Of a DNA stretch of 64,000 bases, positions 28,965-40,900 are shown piece after piece. The number at the start of each line of letters is the position of its first letter. The first letter of the stretch is position 1. The stretch comes from a virus, in the IMG/VR virus record IMGVR_UViG_3300020045_001434, positions 1 to 64,000 of that record; one strand, 5' to 3'. Position numbers and translations under genes: made by a program. The notes under the pieces are model-generated. The model worked only from the letters and a program-made list of their open reading frames with translations, searched no databases and was not told the DNA's origin.

Positions 28965-31900
28965 TTATTGAGCAGCATTAACTATAGGATTATACATACC
29001 ATAATAACTAATACTAGAATTAAGATAAACTTGTTTATGCCATTGTCTATATCCAGGAATAGATTTTTCTATATCTATACCTATTTTACTTTGACCAGCA
29101 TACATACCTCGACTATAAACTCTTTCAGATTCATCTCTCCAAGGATATGCAAATGTGTCATATATTAGATTACTAATAGAACCTATTTGTCTTTCCATTG
29201 GAACAGTACTTTGTTTAGTACGTTTATAGAATTTAGCCCATCCATAATAAGGTAACATATCTACATATTCAGTTTGTAATCCTGATACTAAATTTACAAG
29301 AGAACTATAAGGTTTAAGTACACTATCATCTTCATCATCAGGGTCATAACCTTTACCAACTAAAAATAGTAAACCTGTTATAATTGTAAGATTAACAAAC
29401 ATATAAGCTGTACGTTTAAGATTAGCTCTTTCAACTGGACTTAAGTTGTTATATAAAAACTTATAGTTATGGAAGAAATCTCCATAAGCCTTAAATATAT
29501 CAACAAAAGCTTTTAAAGCAGGATTCTTTATATGAGCATCTTTAGCTTTATAATATTCAGCTAAAAAAGGTTGTTTAAAGAATTTCATTGTATCAGTAAA
29601 TGCTCCACTTCTATAATGATTTAATGCTTCATCGTGAGGTTGATTAGTACCTCTAGCTAATGGATTAATACTATACTTAACTCCCATGTATCTTATCCAT
29701 GTAGGTCGCATCCATTTTCTAAATTGAAAAGCAACTTGACCTAACATAGTAGCTTGTAAAGCACCTTTATCAAGAGTATTATAAATACCATGAATAGATT
29801 GATTTAGATACTTTACTCTATCAATAAAATAAGCTTCTACTTGACTAGTAATTAATGGATCTACAACAAGTTTACCAATACCTTCACCAGTTTCTTCAAA
29901 TTTATACATATCTAATACTTTCGTATATTTAGTATCAAATTTATTAGATGCTTCTTTTCTACGAGTATCATATATTTCATTGAATTTAGCAATAACCTCT
30001 TTAGGTATACTTCTATGATTCATTTCAGCCCAAACTTTAGCATGGTCAGTATATGAAAATTTATCTTTAGATTTAGATTTTTCAGTTTTTATAAATTCAT
30101 CTAAACTTTCTAATAATTTAGTAGGTAAGATTTCTTTATAAATTTGATATTTTACATCACCAATAAATTCTTCTCTTGACATAATAGCTCCATCTACAAA
30201 TCTATGAGAATGCATAAGAGTAAATAAAGTAGTATATTGTAACATATGTTCACCTGTAATTGTAGGCATATAAGCTAACATATCTGCAACATCTATAAAT
30301 TTACTTGCACTACCTCTAGTTTCTCTATCTATAGCTCCTTCTGTATGGTCATGATAAATGTCTGACATACGTTTAATAATAGCTACAAATTGATTAGGCA
30401 TTGCATTAGGGTCATTGTTATGAACATTAGCAATGATTGTAGATATATTACTCATATAAGTATTAAATCCTTTACCAAATTCTTTACGATTAGCATATTC
30501 ACCACCTTGATATTCAATAAACAAATCTGCCATACCTTTACTAACATTCTTTACACCACTATGAAAGTTAAACCACATAGTATTCATACTTGTTAATCTC
30601 ATACCAGAACCAAGTATTTGGTCAAATAGATTACTAGTATTAGATTTTAAAGATATTACTTCATCAAACTTATTATAAGATTTATATGTTTGAGTATCTT
30701 TACCTGATTTAGTAGCATATACAATATCTTTATTTTTTAAAGTATTAGATAACATTGTTCTAGTTTTATCTAGATAATCTTTACCGGCTGAATCTCTAAC
30801 TCTAGCTTTAAAGTTTTCACTACCTACTTCATTTCTAACAAGATTATATATTTGTTTAAAATCAGAATAAGATTTAATATTATATAGTTCTTCTATTAAA
30901 GCATTTAATACTGATGGTATATCATAGTTCATTTTATTTTGCATTTTAGCTGCAAACTTTTCTTTAACTACAGCATTATAAGCAAGTACATCTTCAAGTC
31001 TATCAAAACGTTCTACTCCAACTTCAACACCTTTATTTTTAAATTCTTGTAGTTTCTCATTAGCTTTATTCACAACATCTACTTGATATTCTTTTTGTGA
31101 TTCTTCATGAGTCTTATAACGAATATTAATAATATGTTTTACATCAGGAGCAGTAACATATCTAGATTGATAAAACCAACGTTTATTATTAAATACATCA
31201 GTTTCAATATGTTCTTCTTGTATATTAGTCCATCCAATAAACTTTTTAAATATATCTCCTATACTATGGCTAGTACTCATAAAAACATAAGGTGTAAAAT
31301 CTTCATCAAATATTTTATCAGGGAATACTTCTGCTACAATATTTTGAATAAGTCGTTTAGTATCTCTAAGAAATAACTTTTCTTGTTCTGATAAAACTGA
31401 ATATTCAGCAGATTCATATTTACTAATAGGTATAACCTTTTGTATAGTTATTCCTGTAAATTCAGGAGTAGTGTACATATAGTTTATAGTTTTATAATAA
31501 GATTTAGTATCAAATTTACTAATTAAATCTCCATCATTAATAACTATATGATGTCTTTTTTCAAACTTAGTTTTAAGTTCTTTATTAGCCCATAAACTTT
31601 GAGATATATAAACTTGCATGATTTGTTTATACATTTCATTATCTGAACCATCAGGATGTTGTCTATCTATATTTTCATAATAACCTAATTTATTTTCATC
31701 TAATGAATCAATATCTTTAGCATAATGACTAGCAGTTTTAGCATATAAATCTTTGATACCTACAAATTCATTATCCACTTGAATAAGAACATTATTACTT
31801 TTAGAGTTTAAATCTTTGTTAGTATAATCATCAGATTTATCTAATTTAAGTATAACATCATGACTAGAGCCTTCTGATTCAATTGTAACAAGTTTATAGT

Positions 31901-34900
31901 AATTAAAATTATTATCTAATGACGCATCAACAAATTTAGAATCCTCTAAGAATCCTTTAAGTTGTTCTTTAGATAATTGTTTCATTCTACCAATAGAATT
32001 TTCTATATATGTAGCAGGATAAGATGTTGTGTCAATAGTAGATTTTTTAGTTACTGAAAATGGTGAAAATGTATCTCCAATATTACTACCTTTGAATACA
32101 TAATCATATTTTAAAGTTATTTCACTAGCATAACTTCTTCCAGCTTTATACAATTGGGCAACATCAATGTATTTAGATTTAGCAGCATTAAACATTTTAA
32201 TATCGTCATCTATTTTTTTCCAATCATATTCAGATAATAAATTACCAGTTCTATGATTTACAAATTTACTTCTAATATAAGATTCTCTAGATTTATTATA
32301 TTCTAATTTAGTACCTTGTTTAAGAGTATCTTCATACTTCTTCAACATATCTTGAAGTTGTACAATTCTATCATTACGTTTACCTTGAACTTCAAGTCTA
32401 ATTTCAGACATCATAAACATAGAGTTATCAAGAAGTCCTACACCAGTTTGCCCCATAGAATCAAGTAGAGATTGAGTAGTAGTTATATCATCATTATACT
32501 GCATTACATGAATATATAAATCTGATAATTCTTCCGGACTTAAATCAGTACTTAACTTAGCATCAGGAATAGTATTTAATGATTCATTGTACTCTTTAAT
32601 TTTACCATATCTAGTAAGATTATTATATTTACCATTACGACTATATGGAAATACAATATGAGCCATATATTCTTGAACTTTAGCAGATATAGCTGTGTTA
32701 AGATAATCAATAGCTTTACCAGTTTTAATATCATCTACATTTAAGAAGTTACCATATAAAGGAGCACCACTACCATCTTTAGGAATATCTAATCTAATAT
32801 TTTCAATAGTTCTATTAAAAGCTTTTACCCATTTAAAAAGTTTATCAACTTCTATTTTGTTTTCATCATCTAATAAAGCATATTCTTCACTAGTAATATT
32901 AGGAACATTTATATTAGAAATAGCTAGAATTTTATCTGCTGCATAAAACATTTTTTTATAATCATATAATTTTGCAGCAATTTGAGATTTATATCCAGCA
33001 TTATTACTATTCATATATTTACCAATTTGTAATTGTAAAACATTTACACGTTCTACAGTACCATCAGGTTTATTAAATTGAATAAAATCAGTTTGAATAT
33101 ATTCAATAATCTTATGAAGTAATTGAATATTACTAGCCATAGCATCATCAATAGCATTTAATTGATTATCTGTTTCAGTCATTCTTTCAAGAGTATTCTG
33201 CATATCAGTAATAGCTAAACTGAATTGGTCAGGTCTAGTATTGTTCTCTCTTTTTAATTCATCAAACAAAGTTTTAGCTATAGAAGCAATTTCTAATTGT
33301 TTCTCTCTAAAATTATTAATATCCATTGTACTAGCATTAATAATATTTTTAGTTAGATGTGATTGGTCTAATATAGATGAACGTCTAATATTATCTTTCA
33401 CTCCAATCTCAATATATTCATTAGATTTATTACTAGTAATATTAGCTTTATAAATAGATTCTCCTACACCCATTTTAAAAATAGTTTTAATAGAATTAAA
33501 TCTATATAACATAGACATATTTCTAACAAATGGAATTATAGCAGTATCATATTGTTCTTGAGTATATTTACTATCTGAAATACTATCTCCTACAATAGCA
33601 ATATTATCATCTTCTGTAAGATTAATAGTTTTAAAGAACTCATGATTAAGTTTATCTAATGTTGTATATATAGTTTTATCAGATTTAAAATTACTTTTAT
33701 AAATACTATTTTCACCAATATAAATAACTTTATCTACAGAATCAATAATATCTTTAGCAGTTTCACTATGAGATTTATTAGATTTAGTTATAAGATTATT
33801 ATATGTATATATATCTTTATTTACAGTTTCTCCTAAGAAATTAGTAGTTTTAGATTCTACAACATTATATAATAATGATGATTTCCTAGGTTCTGATTTA
33901 GTTTGACTATTATCATATATATGAATCAAATCTTTATAATATTGTTCTGATTCATTATCACCTTTATATTTAGCAATTACAGTACTATCTTGAGTTTGTT
34001 CATCTTGAGTAGCAAATTCATAAGGTAGACTTTTAGTAACTGGAAAATAATAAACATTAGTACTACCAGGAATATCATATCTTTCAAGAACCATGACTTT
34101 AGTATTTGATATTTCAGGTATAGTTGTAGATACATATTTATATCTAGAAATATATGAAGTATCATTAGCTTCTAATTCTTGTACAATAATAGGATAAGCT
34201 TTTGCAGCATAAATACCACTATTAAATCCTAACGCTAAAGCATTCCCAAATTTATTTACTACTGGACTAATAGATTTATCTCCATGAAGTTGTGATTTAA
34301 GATATTTAGTCCATAATTCAATAGAATCTTTATCTAATTCATCATCATTCATTTGTTCATATTTACTTTCTAAATCTAATAGAGCTTCATTAGTTTTATA
34401 AAGTCTATTATGTTCAAGATTATCTTCCTCAGCAAACGTATTATAAGCATACGGGTTATTCTTTTCAGATTCTACTTGTGCTGAAATAATATCATATTCT
34501 TTAGATTTAGTAGTAAACAATGATGGGTCTATAATTTTAGATACATTAATACCCCATGCGAGACCATTAAAATAAAATGAATATCTAACTAAATCTCTAG
34601 CAGTTTGTCTAAGAAATGGATTCTCATTAAAAAACATATTCCTAAACGTTTGTTGAAGTTTAGCAATATCTTTAGAAGTATTAGACATATCTAGTTTATG
34701 ATAACCATTCTTTAAAAGATTATTCTTTTCTAACTTAGGGTCGAATAATTCTAATAAATCAGTAATATTATTCTTATCATTAATATTATATTTTGAAGTA
34801 AAATTATTAATATGATTTTTAAGAAGATATACTTGATTAGCTACAGATAAATTTCTATATTCTTGTAATGATAAATTCTGAGTATCAACTTTAATATCTG

Positions 34901-37900
34901 AAAATATTGAGCTTGTAGGTGTTGTTGTTTGACCGTCACGAACAGCATTTTCAACTGGCACTACTTTACCTACAACTCTCAAACGTTCAATACTACGCAT
35001 TAGAGGGCTGTTTGAATTACCATTGAAGAATGGAACACTATCATAAATATGTTCAGCAATTACAGTATCTAATATACGTTTATATATGTTCTTAGATGAT
35101 TTACTATACATATTACCCGATAGTCCTAATTCAGCCACTATACCCGTAACAAGAGCATTCATATTTGGATTTGAAGATAATAGTATCTTAGAAAATAGTT
35201 TAGTACTAAAATGATAATTATTTACAAATTGAGATTCAAAATAAGGTAGACTACTTTTAGTAAAATCATAATCATCGGCTAGTGTTCCTTTAACTACATT
35301 GGGAAATACTGATTCCATTAAAGTTTTATCTCCAACTTTTAAACCACTTTTAGGTATGCTTAATTTTACTTGAGCAAAGTTTTTAATATCACTATTACTA
35401 TCAATTGCAAATTTACCTTTACGTAATTCACTATCTTCATGTTCACCTATTTTAAATATTGAATTGTATTCTTCTATAACCTCTTTAAGAATTTCTTCTT
35501 TACCACTAAGACTATTAGTAGAATCATATAAATATTTAATATTTTGTTTCTCTTTAATACTAAATCCAGCTTCAGTTAATTGAGATTCAAATTCACTATA
35601 ATCAATATATAGATTAGCCATATCACTAATAAGTTTAATAGTAGTATAACTATCAGGTGAAGTACCTAACTTATCAGTTCTTAATACTAAAGATGATTTA
35701 GTAATTAAATTACTAGTTTTATCATATTGTTGATATAATTTAAATATAGATATTTGTTCATCTAAAAAGTTTACATAATCTATTATAGATTTAGTATCCT
35801 CATGTTGACTAACATCCATATTGTAAGTACCATTCTTTATACTATTTGTATAAATATCATGAAGTTCGTCTATAGATTTATAAGCATTTTCATCAGTAAT
35901 TTTAATCTTACCTTTATCAGTTGTAAATACACTAGTATTAGTAAATTCACTAACTTTTAAATTATCAAATAAACTTTGTATTTGAGATTGATTTTCTTCA
36001 AATAAAGTTTCTATCTGTAATTGTGTATCTGCATCAGAAATATCATTTATAAAACTATATAGATTAGCTTTAAGATTATCAGTATCTTTAGCAAATTTAA
36101 TAAGTTCTGAAAATACAATATCTGTAGATATTCCAGTAGTATCATACATAAATATTTGTTCACCATTAATCATGGCTTTTTTCCATTTATCTACTTTAGC
36201 AGAAATAGCTCTAGCTTTAATATCTTCAGGATTATTAGAACTAGTACTTACTGTTACAGAAGTTTTATGTATAAATAAATCTAGTATAGATATAGCTTGT
36301 GGATTAGTAGTTAACTTACCAGTAAGCAAACTTATATTATTTAGATTATTTAATATACTAACTCTTGTATTATTTACAATATTTCTATAAGCCTTATTTT
36401 TATCAGCATATGAATCTGAACGTTTAGATTCATTTATTAAAGATATAAATTTAGATACTATAGGTTGATGAATAATAAGATTAGAATATGCGAATGAATT
36501 AGGAGTTCTAGAATTATCTTTACTATATAAATTTGTATTATGTGATACTGGAAGATTTGCAAGTAAATCTAATACACCACTAGTAGTACCATTTATATTA
36601 TGCCCCATTTTCTCTTTTACAGCATCAAGAACATTTGCTGCAATTTCAGATGATTGTTCAGTAATATATTGACCTTGTATATTCTTCCAACTATTAGATT
36701 TATTATTAGCTAAATGAGAATTAAATATCACATATCTAGCTTCTGAAGTTTCAGTAGCAGGTTGATATAACCATGATTTATTTTCATCACCAATTAATTC
36801 ATTCAATACTTTACGATGTTCATGAATATCTCCAGTAGGCATTTCAGATTCTGTAATAACTATTGGAATAGCAAATTCATTACTAACATTAGCATTAACT
36901 ACACCTAATAATGAATAAGTATTTTGACTAGCAATAACAATACCTTTAAGTTCAGCAACAGTTTTATTTAATGATGTGATTCTATTTCTATCTAATATAT
37001 TTGTAAAGTTTAAAGTAGAATTAGATATACCCATTTCATTATTTATTCCTTGAGATACTTTAGATATATTATTAAATTCATTTACTTTCTCTCTAAATAT
37101 ATTAGAATCTTCACTAATAACTCTAGCCATTAAAGAATCAATAATCATATTTTCTCTAGTTTCTTTAGTCATTTGTTGTAGTACTGGAAGTTGATTATAT
37201 CCATCACTTACTTCTTTAGACATTAAAAAATCAGAAACTTTATTGTCATAATCATTATTAATAGATTCAATTTGATTATTCAAATCTTCTGTAAGGACTT
37301 TATTTCCTACACTTTTTTCTTTAGCTAATAAGAATAATAAATTTTTAGTTTGAGCACTAGTTAAGTCTTTAGATTCTAAGAAATCTTTAATAGTAGTTTT
37401 ATTACTAGGGTCTAAAGTTCTTTCGATAGCATCCTGAAGTTCTAATAAAAATTCATCATATTCTTTATTATAAGTATCATCTAAAGCATTATCATACTTA
37501 TCAACTACATCTACTATACTAGAAGTATGGTCTTGAGTGATATCTCTAATTTTAGATATAACTTCTTTATATTTAGAATCATTAGGATTATCTCTAATTT
37601 CATCCAATATATCTCTAGTAGTATTTAAAGCATCATCATGTAAATCTTCTAACTTAGATTTATATTCATCTCTAGCTTTAAAGATTAATGCTTTTCTAGC
37701 TAGTTCTAAATTATTATATTCATTAAGAAAATAAGTTTTTACATAATTAATACGTTTATTAGTTTCAGTATTATGAATATCTTTGTTTTTAGGATTAATA
37801 TCATATTCGTAAGAAATAGGATATAATTGTCCATCAGCACGTTCATAAAGATGTCTAGTATAAATATAAATAGTATCAATATCATAATCCCAACCAGTAC

Positions 37901-40900
37901 GTTTAGATAAGTGTTTTGGAACCATTATCTGAGAAGAACTATTATTCATAAAACCAACTACTTCTGCAACAAACGATGATTGCATACCTTCATGAGGAAT
38001 ACGTGTAGCATAAACAGTTCTTGATTCTTTGGGAATTTTATTAATGTCTATCTTACGAATTTTATTTACTACACCTTTATTGTCAGTAACATATTCATAA
38101 GTAGCATATTTATCAAATCTACTATCCCAAATATTTAATACTATTTCAGCAGGTAAATTCTTACTAGGATTATTAGGGTCTGGTCTTTCAGCTCGAAGTT
38201 CCCAATTTAATTTATCTTGTTGTTCAGCAATAAATTCATCAGTCATAGACATCATACCTTTAGTACGGTATTCATTTATACTATCAAAACCTTCAATATC
38301 CTTTTCACCATATTTATAATCAATAGGTTGCATAAAAACATCAGGTAAAATAGTTCCATGTATCTGAGGAAGTTCAAGATTTACATTACTATTAGTAATA
38401 GATGCTTGAAGTATATTTTCAATAACTCCTTTAATAGTAGGATGATTTAATGACATAAGTTTATCATTACTATTTTCCATTGCAGAAAAAGCTTCCATTA
38501 AAGATATATCTTCATTGTTAGCATAATAACGACGAATGATTTGTCTTACTTTATCAGTATCAATAAGAATATCTCCTTTACCATCATGTAGAATTTTACC
38601 ATTCTTCATAGCACCAAAAGAATATATTAATCTATCTCTACCCTCAGCAAGAATATGATGAAGTGCAGCATGTCTATTTTCAAATAGTCCACGTTTACCT
38701 TCTTCATAATTATTAGTTCTACCTTTATAAGGAACACCATTTACTTCAAATATAGAATCATTGTTTAGATTAACATCAGTTTTCTTATTTGCTTGTGTAG
38801 ATATTTTACCACGTTTCTCCATAGTATGAGAAACTTGTTCTTGTTGTATTCTAAGATTATTACGTTTAAAACGAATAACATAATCTTGCATATTTACAGG
38901 TTTTCCATTAATAGTAGTATCAATAGTTTGAATCCCATCAACTTCTTTAGTTCTTAGTTCATAACCATTACTAATTCTATTACCAGTTTCTGTATCAACT
39001 TTAGTAAATATATCATGTAATCTAAATGTAGGTACTGAAAGTTTAGAACTTGATTTAAAATTTATTTGGTCAATTTTATTATCATTCATAAACTGAGTAA
39101 GAACTTCAAGTTTAGTTCCTATAAATAGTTTAGGAAATAGAACCATAGTACTATTTTTCTCTTGATAAGAACTAACATTACCAGTAAATAAACCATTAGT
39201 TTCAGTTTGTCTGCTATACATGAAGTATTTCAACTGCTCTACAATTGTGTAGAAATCACTAGGATTTAACGCAGTTTTAGGGTCTGTGAGAGCATCAATA
39301 TACTTTTTCATACCTTTGTAATGGTTGGTACTTTTAGCTCGTTTAATGAACTCCTCTACAGTTATAAAAGATAATCCATTACCAACTTCAATAGCATCAC
39401 CATATTGAGCCATTAAAAATTCTTTAGATAAACCTTTAGCATTAGAAAGTTCATCTAGCATATTAGATGCTGTCCATACATCTTCAACAGTTACAGAAGA
39501 ATATGTTTCAGTGTCCATATTAGTAATACCACTACGAATGATTTCACTAACACGTTTATTTATATCATCAAAATGTTTGTATTCATATTGACGACCATAA
39601 AGTAAATCTTCACCAACATTAATAGACGTAATATAATCATTAATGAAAGATTCCATCATAGCTTTATTATATTGAGCTATAACTTCTTTGTCTTTAGTTC
39701 TACTATAATCATCTTGTTTAGTAGAATCATTAGTGTCTTGTTCTTCTAATGTTAGAATTGTTTTATGAGTTGATATAATATTAGCACCAGTCTTTCCTTT
39801 ATTAATTTCTAGTTCAGATGTACCAGGAACATAAGGAGGAATAGTATCTGTTATCATCATCATTAAATCTTTAGCAATACCTTGAGTATTATCAATCATA
39901 TATTTTTGATTGTTCTCAATATATCCATCTATAAATTCATAAACAATATTATCAAATACAGTTTTAGCTAATTGAATATCCTCATTTAAAAGTTTAGCAG
40001 TCATATAACTAGCTTTCTGTTCTGTAGAAAGTTTATTATATTCATTTACTGGAATTATATTACTATAATTACCATCACTATCAGTTTTAGAATTTACTAT
40101 AATAGGATGAGTTTCTTTAGTTAGTCTATTTACTAAAGCTATTAAATCTAATTGTGTAGATTCAGAACCTAAGTATTTTTTAGCATAATCTTCTAATGTA
40201 ATCTTTTTACCATTAGAATTAAAACTCATTCTAAGAAATTTAAAAACTTGACCAGTAGGAAGTCCTTTATCTAATATAATAGCTTTACCTTTAATTTCTT
40301 TACCATTATTATTGTTATCATATTTTGACTTAGTAAATTTACCATTAAAATCTCTAACATTATGTAAAGTACCAGCATCACCTTTTTCTTGAATACCATC
40401 TTGTAAAGAAATACTTTTTACATATCTAGTACCTGATTCAGTAAAAGCATATTGATATTGTAACATTCCCTTAGAAGCTATTTGCATAGAAACAACTTCT
40501 CCCATAATAGTTCTTTTAAGAGCTGCTATAGGTTTAGATGATTTATAGTTTTGTTCATAAGCTTTTTTAAGCTCATGATTATTAGCTATAAGTTTAGCAG
40601 GATTATCTAAATAGCTTTGTACATTAGATTTAAGTGTTATAAGGTCTGCTGCATGAATAATACTATCTCTAACACCATTATTGAAAACTAATTCAAATGG
40701 TAAGAAAGGAGTTACTCCACTCATAGATGGTAGATATAACATTGTATTATCATAGAACTTACTAATAAATTCTTTATTTTTAGATATAACATCTTGTTTA
40801 GGAAGATTTAATAAATATCTATATATATCACTTAATGCTTTTTCATAAGTATCTGGATTATCAGATTCTAAATTATTAGATATTAATTCATTTACAGCAG